This document shows, one piece after another, positions 16,305 through 26,118 of a stretch of DNA of 64,000 nt. The notes beneath the pieces were generated by a model. That model was not told where the DNA came from, did no database searches, and was given only the letters and a program-made list of their open reading frames with translations. Every line of letters begins with the position of its first letter. Within the stretch, counting starts at the first letter, position 1. The stretch lies in assembly GCA_018653315.1 (NCBI GenBank), contig JABIAL010000007.1:11348-75347 (forward strand), in the 5' to 3' direction. The DNA comes from a bacterium. Its GTDB lineage: Bacteria > Patescibacteriota > Patescibacteriia > UBA1558 > GWA2-36-10. The position numbers were made by a program, and so were the translations under genes.

Positions 16305-18077
16305 ATGGATATTCGTAATATTGCTATTATTGCTCACGTTGATCACGGAAAAACTACCTTAACTGATGCTATGATGCGTCAAACAGGTATGGTGGAAGAT
16401 GGTCAAAGCATGGATTCAAACGCTCTAGAACAAGAGCGTGGCATTACTATTTATGCTAAAAACGCTTCTTTGATCTATAAAGATACTAAGGTTAATATTG
16501 TAGATACTCCTGGTCATGCTGATTTTGGTTCAGAAGTGGAGCGTGTTTTGCGTTCTATTGATTCAGTTTTGTTAGTTGTTGATGCTCAAGAAGGTCCAAT
16601 GCCACAAACTAAGTTTGTGCTTAAGAAATCTTTAGAGCTAGGTTTAAGACCAATTGTAGTAATAAATAAAATAGATAAACCAGCCGCTGACGTAGCAACT
16701 TGCGAAGATAAAGTCTTGGAATTATTTATGGATTTAGGGGCTAGTAATGAACAATTAGCTTTTCATACTGTTTATGCTATTGGTATCCAAGGAGTAGCTA
16801 AACGAAATATAGAAGATGAATTTAAAGATTTATCTCCACTATTAGATTCTATTTTAGAACATGTTCCAGTTGCTCCACATAATATCGATACACCTTTGCG
16901 TATGCAACCATTTAATCTAGCCTATGATGACTATCTAGGACGATTAGCTATTGGTCGTATTTATGAAGGTATTATCAAACAAGGACAAAAAGTATTTATT
17001 AAAAATATAAAAGGCGAGTTACGTCATAGTAAAATTACTAAGCTTTATACTTTTCATGGTTTTGATCGTCAAGAAGTAGCTAGTGCTGAAGCTGGTGAGT
17101 TAGTTATGATTGCTGGTGTTGTCGATATAGATATTGGTGAAACTATTAGTGAGCTTGAAGATCAAGAGTCACTGCCAGCTATTCATGTTGATGAGCCAAC
17201 TATTTCTATGGATTTGATGATTAATAATTCTCCCTTTGCTGGGCGCGATGGAAAATATGTCACTAATTCAAAAATTAAAGAACGCTTACAAAAAGAATTA
17301 GAAGTTAATGTTGGTTTGAGGATTGATTTTGATTCTAGTGATTATTACAAAATATATGGACGTGGTGAAATGCATATTGCTATTTTATTAGAACAAATGC
17401 GTCGTGAGGGTTATGAGGTACAAGTTTCTCAGCCACATGCTATAATCAAAGAAGAGGATGGTCAAAAGTTAGAGCCATACGAGGAAGTAGTTGTTGATGT
17501 GCCGCATGATATGTCAGGTACTGTGATTGAAAAATTATCTCGTCGTAAAGGTGTAATGACTAATATTCAAACTGAGGCTACTACGCAAATGATTTTTGAA
17601 ATTCCAACTCGTGGTTTGTTGGGTTACCGAGGTGAGTTTGTAGTAGATACTAAAGGTGAGGGTATTATTGCTGCGCATGGTTTAGGATTTAAAAAACATG
17701 CTGGTAAGATTGATCACAAATATACTGGAGCAATGATTTCTATGATCGCTGGTAAAGCTTTAGGTTTTTCTTTATTTAATTTACAGGATAGAGGAGAATT
17801 ATACATTGGGCCGAACACTGAGGTTTATGAGGGTATGGTTATTGGTAATACAGCCAAAGGAGAGGCGATGACTGTAAATCCTACCAAAGGCAAGCAATTG
17901 TCTAATATGCGCTCTTCTGGAGCCGATGAGGCTATCAATTTGACCAAACCAATTGAGATTACTATTGAGCGTGGTCTAGAAATGATGTCAGATGATGAAT
18001 ATTTAGAGATTACTCCACATAATATACGTTTACGTAAACAAGTTCTTAATGAGGGCATGCGTAAAAAAACTAAATAA
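16305..18077 (+). CDS. typA: Translational GTPase TypA/BipA
   Basis: AHVDHGKTT, DTPGHADFG, GRGEMH, EIPTRGLLG. Confidence 0.97.
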   Translation: MDIRNIAIIAHVDHGKTTLTDAMMRQTGMVEDGQSMDSNALEQERGITIYAKNASLIYKDTKVNIVDTPGHADFGSEVERVLRSIDSVLLVVDAQEGPMPQTKFVLKKSLELGLRPIVVINKIDKPAADVATCEDKVLELFMDLGASNEQLAFHTVYAIGIQGVAKRNIEDEFKDLSPLLDSILEHVPVAPHNIDTPLRMQPFNLAYDDYLGRLAIGRIYEGIIKQGQKVFIKNIKGELRHSKITKLYTFHGFDRQEVASAEAGELVMIAGVVDIDIGETISELEDQESLPAIHVDEPTISMDLMINNSPFAGRDGKYVTNSKIKERLQKELEVNVGLRIDFDSSDYYKIYGRGEMHIAILLEQMRREGYEVQVSQPHAIIKEEDGQKLEPYEEVVVDVPHDMSGTVIEKLSRRKGVMTNIQTEATTQMIFEIPTRGLLGYRGEFVVDTKGEGIIAAHGLGFKKHAGKIDHKYTGAMISMIAGKALGFSLFNLQDRGELYIGPNTEVYEGMVIGNTAKGEAMTVNPTKGKQLSNMRSSGADEAINLTKPIEITIERGLEMMSDDEYLEITPHNIRLRKQVLNEGMRKKTK

Positions 18078-19082
18078 ATGAATTTAGATAATTTATACAA
18101 AGTTTTAGAAGGACAGCCAAAGTTTCGAGCTACTCAAGTTAAAGAAGCTATTTTTAAGCAACTCATAAAAGATTGGTCTGAGGCTAGTACTTTATCTTTA
18201 GATTTACGTCAAAAGTTAAATCAAGAATGTCCATTAGAGATTAATGCAGACATTTCTCAGTCAAAAGAAAAAGATACTAGCAAGGTTTTGATCAAGCTGG
18301 AAGATGGAGAAGAAATTGAGACTGTTTTAATGTCGCACAAAGATGGTCGACATACCGTTTGTGTTTCTTCACAGGTTGGTTGTGCCATGGCCTGTAAGTT
18401 TTGTGCCACTGGCCAGATGGGTTTCAAAAGAAATTTAACTGTAAGTGAAATATTAGAGCAGGTATTATTTTTTGCTAGACTCTTGAAAGAAAAAGGAGAG
18501 CGAGTTTCTAATGTTGTTTTCATGGGAATGGGTGAGCCATTTTTAAACTATGATAATGTAATGTCCGCTATTGATTATCTGAATGATGCTAATGGTTTAA
18601 ATATCGGTGCTCGTCGTATTTCTGTTTCTACTTGTGGTATTTTACCAGGGATCAAAAAATTTACTCAACAAAAATTACAGATTAATTTAGCAATTTCTTT
18701 GCATGCGCCAAATGATAAATTGCGTAGTGAATTGATGCCTATTAATCAGAAACAACCTTTGAAAAAATTGATGGCTGCGGTTGGTGAATATGTTCATAAA
18801 ACAGGACGTAAAGTTATGTTTGAATATCTAATGATCAAAGGAGTTAATGATTCAGTAAAGTATGCTCAACAATTAGCTACTTTGATGGCAGATCCATTGT
18901 TTATGGTTAATCTGATTCCATATAATCCAACTGGAGTGTATTTGCCTTCAGATAAAAAAACGATGAATACTTTTAGACAATATTTAGAACATAATGATAT
19001 AGAAGTTACCCAAAGATATGCTCTAGGACAAGATATAGATGCTGCCTGCGGACAACTAGCTAATAAAAAAAAGAACAAATAA
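18078..19082 (+). CDS. rlmN: 23S rRNA/tRNA m2A methyltransferase RlmN (radical SAM)
   Basis: CVSSQVGCAMACKFCATG, MGMGEP, DIDAACGQL. Confidence 0.96.
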   Translation: MNLDNLYKVLEGQPKFRATQVKEAIFKQLIKDWSEASTLSLDLRQKLNQECPLEINADISQSKEKDTSKVLIKLEDGEEIETVLMSHKDGRHTVCVSSQVGCAMACKFCATGQMGFKRNLTVSEILEQVLFFARLLKEKGERVSNVVFMGMGEPFLNYDNVMSAIDYLNDANGLNIGARRISVSTCGILPGIKKFTQQKLQINLAISLHAPNDKLRSELMPINQKQPLKKLMAAVGEYVHKTGRKVMFEYLMIKGVNDSVKYAQQLATLMADPLFMVNLIPYNPTGVYLPSDKKTMNTFRQYLEHNDIEVTQRYALGQDIDAACGQLANKKKNK

Positions 19083-19109
19083 ACCGACACTAAAAGTGTC
19101 GGTTTATTT
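19079..19109. terminator. Bidirectional terminator
   Basis: ataaaccgacac-taaaa-gtgtcggtttat. Confidence 0.8.
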
Positions 19110-19146
19110 GTTTCTAATATTATTTCGTTTTCTTTTTGATATATTT

Positions 19147-19512
19147 TTAGTTTATATTTTTAATATACTCAATAATTTCTTTAAGGTTAGAGTCTGATTT
19201 TACAAAATAATGTAAAACATCAAACTTATCAGCGATACCTCTACCTTCTCCTTGGCCTAAATTTGAAGTAATTATAACAGGAGTCTCATTACCATCGCCT
19301 CGTATTATTTCTAACAAAGAAAAACCATCCATTTTTGGCATTATGATATCTAATAATATTAGATCATATTTTTCTTTTTTTAGCATATCAATTGCTTCGC
19401 TCCCATTTTTTGCAATTGCTGTTGAAAAATTATTTTTTTGTAGCGATACATTTAATGCTTGAGCTAGATTTTCTTCATCTTCGACTATTAAAATATTGTT
19501 TATTTTCCCCAT
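19147..19512 (-). CDS. Single-domain response regulator (CheY-like)
   Basis: ILIVEDE, LILLDIIMPKMDG, YFVKS. Confidence 0.92.
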   Translation of the reverse strand: MGKINNILIVEDEENLAQALNVSLQKNNFSTAIAKNGSEAIDMLKKEKYDLILLDIIMPKMDGFSLLEIIRGDGNETPVIITSNLGQGEGRGIADKFDVLHYFVKSDSNLKEIIEYIKNIN

Positions 19513-19619
19513 AATAGTAGTTTAATTCTTTATTAGTATAGTATAACAAAAAAATGTTTGTTTACAAAGCATTAAAAAATAAAATCGCTAAAACAGCGAT
19601 TTTTTGTTATAATTAAAAC

Positions 19620-20369
19620 ATGAAATTTTTAACTATTAGTTTATTTATTTTATTATTTTTTAGCTCATCAAGTGCAGCTTTGGCTGATTGTTTTTATAAT
19701 TCTTGTGATACCGATGATGATGGTTTATTGAATGATGAGGAGGTAGATATTTATTATACTGATCCCTTAAATGCAGATACTGATGGTGATGGTTACAATG
19801 ATGGTCTTGAAATTGCTAGCTTGTATTCACCTAGACACGGAGGAGGAAAAAAACTTATAGAGGTAGATAGTGATAATGATGAGTTAAATGATTATTGGGA
19901 GCTTAAATTAGGAACAAATTTAATGAATGTAGATACTGATGGTGATTCTTATTCAGATGGAGTAGAAATGGCTACTAGCCATGATCCCTTAACCGACATC
20001 AAAGACATTCAAGAAAGATTGATAAAAGTAAACATTGCTGATCAATATTTAGAATATTATTTTGGCGATAAACTAATGGATGGTTTCGCTATTTCTAGCG
20101 GATTACCAGGTATGGATACACCAGAAGGACAATTTACCATTTTAGATAAACAACCAGTCAAGTATTATGGTGGGCCAGGCTATGATTTGCCAAATACAAA
20201 ATGGAACATGCATTTTACTACTCGTTCTTATCGTTATTGGATTCATGGCGCTTATTGGCATAACAATTTTGGTCAAAAAATGAGCCATGGTTGTGTTAAT
20301 GTAGATTATAAAGATATGGAACCATTATATAATTGGTCACAGATGGGCACTAAAGTTATTATTGATTAA
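19620..20369 (+). CDS. L,D-transpeptidase (YkuD) with N-terminal Ca-binding DTDGDG repeats and signal peptide
   Basis: IHGAYWH...SHGCVN; repeated DTDxDGxxDGxE. Confidence 0.9.
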   Translation: MKFLTISLFILLFFSSSSAALADCFYNSCDTDDDGLLNDEEVDIYYTDPLNADTDGDGYNDGLEIASLYSPRHGGGKKLIEVDSDNDELNDYWELKLGTNLMNVDTDGDSYSDGVEMATSHDPLTDIKDIQERLIKVNIADQYLEYYFGDKLMDGFAISSGLPGMDTPEGQFTILDKQPVKYYGGPGYDLPNTKWNMHFTTRSYRYWIHGAYWHNNFGQKMSHGCVNVDYKDMEPLYNWSQMGTKVIID

Positions 20370-20381
20370 TAAATAAATATT

Positions 20382-20651
20382 ATGGATTTAGATGTAAGTA
20401 AAATGTCCAAATTTACTTTGGATCAGCACAAAGCTATTATTTCTTTGCGAGAAGAATTAGATGCAATAGACTTATATCAGCAACGAGCTGATGTAACAGA
20501 AGATGCAGAACTTAAGGCAGTTTTAGAGCACAATAGAGATGAAGAGAAAGAACACGCAGCCATGTTGATCGAATGGTTACGTCGTAATGATGCTGTTTTT
20601 GAGAAAGAATTAAAAGATTATCTATTTACAGATAAACCTTTGAGTCACTAA
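20382..20651 (+). CDS. Encapsulated-ferritin-like (EncFtn/Flp) protein
   Basis: SLREELDAIDLYQQR...HNRDEEKEHAAMLIEWLRRND...YLFT. Confidence 0.85.
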   Translation: MDLDVSKMSKFTLDQHKAIISLREELDAIDLYQQRADVTEDAELKAVLEHNRDEEKEHAAMLIEWLRRNDAVFEKELKDYLFTDKPLSH

Positions 20652-20662
20652 ACAAAAAAATA

Positions 20663-20751
20663 TTTTAACCCCCTAAATCCCCCTTAACAGGGGGACTTTT
20701 CTATTTAAATAAATTCCTCCCCTGTTAAGGGGAGGTCAGGAGGGGTTAAAA
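20663..20751. repeat. Composite palindromic (REP/MITE-like) element between convergent genes
   Basis: Outer ttttaacccc/ggggttaaaa; inner cccccttaacagggggac and cctcccctgttaaggggagg. Confidence 0.75.
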
Positions 20752-20756
20752 GAGTT

Positions 20757-21395
20757 TTATAATTGGAATTTTATATAGTAGATTATTGTTCCAGCTATTT
20801 CTTTTTTTTCATAAGTAGTTTGAATATTCAGTGTAGGATTATCTTTCATCGCTTGTTTAATGCCACTATGGCTTTCTATTATTGTTCCAGCTTGTTCGGT
20901 AATAGTCTCCAAGCTATAGTCAAATAATATCTGATCATCAGTTTTTAAATGTACTAAGCCATTTGGTTTTAGTATTTTTTTATATAGATTTAAAAAGCGA
21001 GGAGAAGTTAGCCGTTTTTTTATATTTTTCTTCTTTAATTGTGGATCAGGAAAGCTTAACCAAATTTCTGATACAGAATGTTCTGGTAAATAGTCAGCTA
21101 TATGCTCTATTTGAAATCTTAAAAATAAAACATTGTTTAGATTGTTTTCTAAAGCTTCAGTGGCTCCATGCCATAGTCTTTCACCTTGAATATCTATGCC
21201 AATAAATTGACTTTGAGGAAATTCAGCTGCTAGCGCTAAAGAATATTCTCCTTTGCCACAGCCTAATTCTAGAATCAAACATTTTTCAGGGTCAATAAAA
21301 GCATCTAATTTTTCTTGGACATTATTCAAAGACACTTGTCCAACATTAGACAATTCATCTAAATCAGCAAATTTGATTAATTTTTTCCTAGCCAT
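20757..21395 (-). CDS. trmB: tRNA (guanine-N7)-methyltransferase TrmB
   Basis: ELGCGKG, FPDP, KRLT, HLKTDD; start MARKK. Confidence 0.93.
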   Translation of the reverse strand: MARKKLIKFADLDELSNVGQVSLNNVQEKLDAFIDPEKCLILELGCGKGEYSLALAAEFPQSQFIGIDIQGERLWHGATEALENNLNNVLFLRFQIEHIADYLPEHSVSEIWLSFPDPQLKKKNIKKRLTSPRFLNLYKKILKPNGLVHLKTDDQILFDYSLETITEQAGTIIESHSGIKQAMKDNPTLNIQTTYEKKEIAGTIIYYIKFQL

Positions 21396-21483
21396 AATTA
21401 TAGTATAGGTAAAAAATAGGAAATAGGCCAATTTTGCTTTATTTTTATAATTAGATTATAATAGAGATACAATTGAATAAGAA

Positions 21484-21578
21484 TTATCAAGAGTACGGGG
21501 AGAGTTTTGGCTCAATGATCCGTCAGCAACCTGTTTTTTAAATAAGGTGCTAAGTCCAACCCTCAAGTGGGAAGATGA
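21484..21578 (+). ncRNA. SAM-I (S-box) riboswitch upstream of metK
   Basis: TTATCAAGAG...GCAACC...AAGGTGCTAAGTCC...GAAGATGA consensus; terminator hairpin ctttcc-ttttg-gggaaag-atttttt at ~21595-21618. Confidence 0.88.
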
Positions 21579-21638
21579 TGTTTGGTCGTATTAACTTTCC
21601 TTTTGGGGAAAGATTTTTTAATTTTAAAATAAAAGATT

Positions 21639-22646
21639 ATGTTAAAGACAGCAGAAAATGTAACTTGGGGACATCCAGATAAAGTATGTGATCAAATATC
21701 TGATGCTATTTTAGATGAGTGTTTGCGTCAAGATAAAAATAGTCGAGTGGCTGTAGAAACGGTTGGTGGCCATGGTAAATTGTTTATTGTCGGTGAATTA
21801 ACTACATTGGCTAAATTTGATGCAGCCAAGATAACTCGACAAGTGTATAAAGATATTGGCTATACGGATGATTTAGATATTACTGTACATTTAGTACATC
21901 AGAGCCCAGATATCGCTCAGGGAGTCGACGTAGGGGGCGCAGGTGATCAAGGAATCATGGTCGGCTATGCTACAGCAGAAACTGTAGAAAATTTACCACT
22001 AGAACATGTTTTGGCAACAAAATTAATTCGTCGTTTAGAATTTGTGCGAGCAGATAAGAATAATCAATTATCTCAATTTTTAGGACCAGATGGTAAAGCT
22101 CAGGTGACTATAGAAGATGACAAAGTAAAGACAGTAGTTTTATCTACTCAACATACAGATAATATCAGCCAAGGTGTTTTGCGGCAGTTAATTATAAAAG
22201 AAGTTATTAAGCCAATCATTCCAGAATATGATGAGGTTCATATTAATCCGACTGGTATTTTTGTACAGGGTGGTTTTGAGGCTGATTCTGGTTTGACTGG
22301 CCGTAAAATAACGATCGATAATTATGGACCACAAGTGCCAGTCGGTGGCGGTGCTTTTTCTGGAAAAGATCCTTCAAAAGTAGATCGTTCAGCTGCTTAT
22401 ATGGCTAGATTTTTAGCGGTTAAATACCTAAAAAAATATCAAGCTAAAGAAGTGCTAGTAAAATTAGCTTATGCTATAGGTAAGAAAGAACCAGTGATGG
22501 CCATGGCTTTATTAGATGATAATCGGCTGATAAAAATAGAGGATCATGATTTATCTCCGCAGGGTATTATTGATTTTTTACGCTTAGATAAGCCACAATA
22601 TAGGGATCGGGCTCGCTTTGGTTTCTTTAAAAATTTTATTCAATAA
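21639..22646 (+). CDS. metK: S-adenosylmethionine synthetase
   Basis: GHPDKVCDQISD, GAGDQG, GGGAFSGKDPSKVDRS. Confidence 0.97.
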   Translation: MLKTAENVTWGHPDKVCDQISDAILDECLRQDKNSRVAVETVGGHGKLFIVGELTTLAKFDAAKITRQVYKDIGYTDDLDITVHLVHQSPDIAQGVDVGGAGDQGIMVGYATAETVENLPLEHVLATKLIRRLEFVRADKNNQLSQFLGPDGKAQVTIEDDKVKTVVLSTQHTDNISQGVLRQLIIKEVIKPIIPEYDEVHINPTGIFVQGGFEADSGLTGRKITIDNYGPQVPVGGGAFSGKDPSKVDRSAAYMARFLAVKYLKKYQAKEVLVKLAYAIGKKEPVMAMALLDDNRLIKIEDHDLSPQGIIDFLRLDKPQYRDRARFGFFKNFIQ

Positions 22647-22780
22647 AATTTATCATTGACTTTTATTTTTTAGTATGTATATAATTTAAGTGATTTTACT
22701 TAGTAAATCTTCACAAAATTTAATATTTGTGTTAATATGCTAGAGTGAAATTAATTAATTAATTTTTAAGTCAAAAAAAT

Positions 22781-23062
22781 ATGGCAAAAATGACTAAAAC
22801 AGACATGCTTAACGCTTTAGCTGAGGCTACAGAATTAAGCAAAAAAGACGTAAAAAACTTCTTAGAGGTGTGGACAGCAATGGCTTACAGAGAAGTTGTT
22901 AATAACGGAGAGTTCTCTTTACCAGGCTTAGGTAAACTTGTAAAGGTTAACCGTAAGGCTCGTGAAGGACGTAATCCAGCCACAGGAGAATCAATTCATA
23001 TTCCTGCAAAAACAGTAGTAAAATTCCGTGTTGCTAAAGCAGCTAAGGAAGCAGTAATGTAA
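22781..23062 (+). CDS. hup: HU family DNA-binding protein
   Basis: RKAREGRNPATGESIHIPAK. Confidence 0.95.
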   Translation: MAKMTKTDMLNALAEATELSKKDVKNFLEVWTAMAYREVVNNGEFSLPGLGKLVKVNRKAREGRNPATGESIHIPAKTVVKFRVAKAAKEAVM

Positions 23063-23084
23063 ATTGTTGTAAATTCAACAAATT

Positions 23085-23113
23085 AAAAAACCTCCCTAGG
23101 TGGGAGGTTTTTT
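23085..23113. terminator. Bidirectional terminator after hup
   Basis: aaaaaacctccc-taggt-gggaggtttttt. Confidence 0.85.
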
Positions 23114-23116
23114 GTT

Positions 23117-23139
23117 ATCCTGAGCGTCAGTCGAAGGAT
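23117..23139 (-). repeat. Intergenic copy of the DPSxNAQD REP-like palindrome
   Basis: Reverse complement atccttcgactgacgctcaggat; 21/23 identical to the copy at 15789. Confidence 0.85.
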
Positions 23140-23145
23140 TATACT

Positions 23146-25263
23146 TTATTTTTGCTCGTAGTTATAAATAAAAATATAGGATTTATCTTGGCCAACTACA
23201 AAATAATCATCAGCTGTTTCTTTAGCTTGATTTATAGCTTGTTTAGCGGAGTGCCAGTAGTTATTAACTACAAAATATAATTTATTAACTCCAGCTTTAT
23301 CCATGGCCAGCTTAGCTTCTTGATGACTAGCTTGATGTTCGATCATATTTAGATAATTTTGATAAATATTATTATTACCTAAGGGCATGGAGTAATAAAA
23401 GTTGTCATTATAGTAATGTACAAAGCCATAGGCATCAATAGCAGCGGCTCCGACCATTTGATTAGCTAAAACGATATAATCTTGATCATTGGATGATTGT
23501 TCTATTAGACGGACAGTTTCCACATCGACAGCTGTGATGTTAAAACTTTTACTATTTGAGTGACGGTCGTAAGTAGGATAGCTAAAATAGGTACTGATTA
23601 TTATAATCATAACAGTAATTGCACCGATCCATATTTTATAACTCAAGTTTTTTTGTTTTGCTAAAATATTATGCCACCAAAAATACCAAGTGCTTAAAAA
23701 TATTGGCATTACACTCAACCCAATTAAATAAATGATTCTTAGTAAATAAGCATTCTGTTCATAGTCTATTTGATTTGAAAAAGAGATAAAGACACGAGCT
23801 AAGATGTAATTACTTAATAATATACTTAACAACAGCCAGTGTTTATTAAAAAATAAATACTTATGTTTTTTTACTATAATCAACCAGCCAAGTAAAACAA
23901 TTATTATAAAAATCAGAGCATAATTATTCCAGATATTATGTATCAAGTCGATAGGGAAATTATAACTATTAACTAGTTTCGGCCAAGACCAATCAATTAA
24001 TGGCCAAGGATGCCAAGTAAATATTCGTGACCAATTTTGTCCAGCTAATCTCTGATAAAGCGCAAGTGCTGTTGGTAAACTAATAGCTGATAAGAAAACT
24101 ATGATAGCATGGATGTATTTTTTGAATTTCTTTTTTATTTTCCAATAGCGGATAGATAATAGAAGACTCATGTATAAAATAGGAATACCACCCAGAGGAT
24201 GGATAGTTAGCGTTCCAAGACCAATAATCCAGCAAAAATATAGACATTGTTTATGTTTTTTGATTACAGGTAATATAAATATAAATGTAGCTACCAAAAG
24301 AAAAGCTAAGTTTTGAGGAGTGGTTATGATAGCGAAATTAAATCCAGCAAACAAACTTAGCAAAACAGCTAGTAAACTGATCTTGCGAGGCCAGCGAAAG
24401 CCTTTATTTAGGCCATAATACAGGCTATGTGGCCATAAAATACTAAAAGCGATTGGTAAGACCAGTTTGTTGATAGTAGCGATTGGGAGCTGCCACAGGG
24501 AGTGTAAAAAGAAAGTCCAACTATACTGACCTAGGTATAAAAATAAACGAGGTTGGATGGTACTAGTTTTGTCTATCACTTCCATGGCTGCTTGATGTAG
24601 AAATGGATCATAGCCAAAACCAAGTGGATAAACCAACCAGGCGACACTAGCTAAAATAAAAAAGTGAATACTAGTTAAAAATAGTACGATGGTTGATTTT
24701 TTATTTTGGATAGTCATGATGACTAGTAAAATGCTAGCCACGATAAGCAAAGTCCAAAATTTATAACCCAATAATTCCCAAGGAGAGCGAATTATTTCTA
24801 CACTAGATCTTCTGGTTAATAAAATAATGGTCAGTAGCTCTGTTATCAAAAAAAGAGTAGGTAGAATTATATTTTTGATATTAGCCAAGCGGATACTTGG
24901 GATATCCAAAGTAGTAAAAAAATAATGTTGTTTATTTAAACGCCAAGACCAGAATTCAATGATTAGAGGAACACTAATTAAGGCAAATAAAAAAGTAATG
25001 GCGTTGATTTGCCAAACATGATAAAAAAGAGTGTAAATAATACTAAAGTATAGTAGTATTGTTAACCAGCCCAAAACATTACGAAAATTCCCAGAGATAT
25101 GGATAAATAGAATGTCGCCTAATTTTTTGCTATTAAGAGTAAAAAATAATAAACTAACAATAATACCCAAAATGGGCCAATGTAAGAATTGCCAATTTAT
25201 AATTAATAAGGCCAAAGACAATGCCTGTAAACTTATATGTTGAGTTCTATTAAGGGTAATCAT
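23146..25263 (-). CDS. Large polytopic membrane protein (possibly GT-C-like)
   Basis: About 705 aa, many TM; FGYDPFLHQA; start moved to MITLNR. Confidence 0.75.
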   Translation of the reverse strand: MITLNRTQHISLQALSLALLIINWQFLHWPILGIIVSLLFFTLNSKKLGDILFIHISGNFRNVLGWLTILLYFSIIYTLFYHVWQINAITFLFALISVPLIIEFWSWRLNKQHYFFTTLDIPSIRLANIKNIILPTLFLITELLTIILLTRRSSVEIIRSPWELLGYKFWTLLIVASILLVIMTIQNKKSTIVLFLTSIHFFILASVAWLVYPLGFGYDPFLHQAAMEVIDKTSTIQPRLFLYLGQYSWTFFLHSLWQLPIATINKLVLPIAFSILWPHSLYYGLNKGFRWPRKISLLAVLLSLFAGFNFAIITTPQNLAFLLVATFIFILPVIKKHKQCLYFCWIIGLGTLTIHPLGGIPILYMSLLLSIRYWKIKKKFKKYIHAIIVFLSAISLPTALALYQRLAGQNWSRIFTWHPWPLIDWSWPKLVNSYNFPIDLIHNIWNNYALIFIIIVLLGWLIIVKKHKYLFFNKHWLLLSILLSNYILARVFISFSNQIDYEQNAYLLRIIYLIGLSVMPIFLSTWYFWWHNILAKQKNLSYKIWIGAITVMIIIISTYFSYPTYDRHSNSKSFNITAVDVETVRLIEQSSNDQDYIVLANQMVGAAAIDAYGFVHYYNDNFYYSMPLGNNNIYQNYLNMIEHQASHQEAKLAMDKAGVNKLYFVVNNYWHSAKQAINQAKETADDYFVVGQDKSYIFIYNYEQK

Positions 25264-25308
25264 CACTAACAGTTTAACATAAGTTTGGTTTTTTGTTAAA
25301 ATAAAGAT

Positions 25309-25809
25309 ATGGTGTTTAAACAAAAATATTTTATTCTGTTTTTTCGTTATTTATGGTTGCTTTTAGCCCTTATAGCGATTATTTTTATTATTAATAAAAA
25401 CATCTTGACTGATCAGTCATTGGTTTATCAGATTGATTTAAGTCAGGCAGTTACTACTGAGATCGAAGGACCTTATCCAAGAAATAGGGTTTTGTATGAT
25501 AGTCAATTAAATGTTTTGGCTGAGCCATTGTATATGCAAGCTTATTTACCAGGACATTTTACTGATTTGACAGTATCGGGTCAGCTTATTCTGGGAGAGC
25601 AGATTTTAGATTTAGGTTTAAAGCAGATAGATGGTAGTTGGCAATGGCAGACCATTGATGTGGAAAATTTTGAGGTTACTTTTGATTTAGCAAATGTATA
25701 TTTATCAGCTAATAAAATACAGTTGATTTTTTCTTGGCCAAACTTAAATAATCCAGATGAATTAAAGATTAAAAATTTACAATTAATTTTACACAATGAC
25801 AATTCTTAA
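25309..25809 (+). CDS. Hypothetical membrane-anchored protein
   Basis: N-terminal TM, divergent from the 23146 gene. Confidence 0.7.
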   Translation: MVFKQKYFILFFRYLWLLLALIAIIFIINKNILTDQSLVYQIDLSQAVTTEIEGPYPRNRVLYDSQLNVLAEPLYMQAYLPGHFTDLTVSGQLILGEQILDLGLKQIDGSWQWQTIDVENFEVTFDLANVYLSANKIQLIFSWPNLNNPDELKIKNLQLILHNDNS

Positions 25810-25993
25810 ATCAGCTATAAATGATTTATTTAAAACCAGTTTATTTTTGTGGTTGTTTTTATTGTTATTAGAATTTTGGCGTCCTGGTACCGTGCATCGT
25901 TTTGTTAATTTAGAATATTATTTTTATTTTTTATTATTATTTAGTTTGATTATAAAATTTGTTAATTTTTCTTTTAATACCTCTAGACGTTGA
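25796..25993 (+). CDS. Small membrane protein
   Basis: 65 aa, LLEFWRPGTV, 2 TM. Confidence 0.6.
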   Translation: MTILKSAINDLFKTSLFLWLFLLLLEFWRPGTVHRFVNLEYYFYFLLLFSLIIKFVNFSFNTSRR

Positions 25994-26034
25994 TTTATGG
26001 TATAATAACCTTAAGTTTTTAAAAAAGGGGGAAC

Positions 26035-26115
26035 ATGAACAAGAAAAGAAAAATAGCGCAGAAAAAACATCGTCGTAAGCGCAATAAAGAGATAGCTAAT
26101 ATTCGCTATCGTTAA
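26035..26115 (+). CDS. 26-aa highly basic peptide MNKKRKIAQKKHRRKRNKEIANIRYR
   Basis: Own TGn-TATAAT at ~25998-26006, purine-rich SD-like aaggggg, stop 3 nt before the next ATG. Confidence 0.55.
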   Translation: MNKKRKIAQKKHRRKRNKEIANIRYR

Positions 26116-26118
26116 ATT

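Noticed and set aside
19700-19990. gatactgatggtgat-type repeats in the L,D-transpeptidase gene
   Set aside because: Explained by Ca-binding DTDGDG protein repeats.
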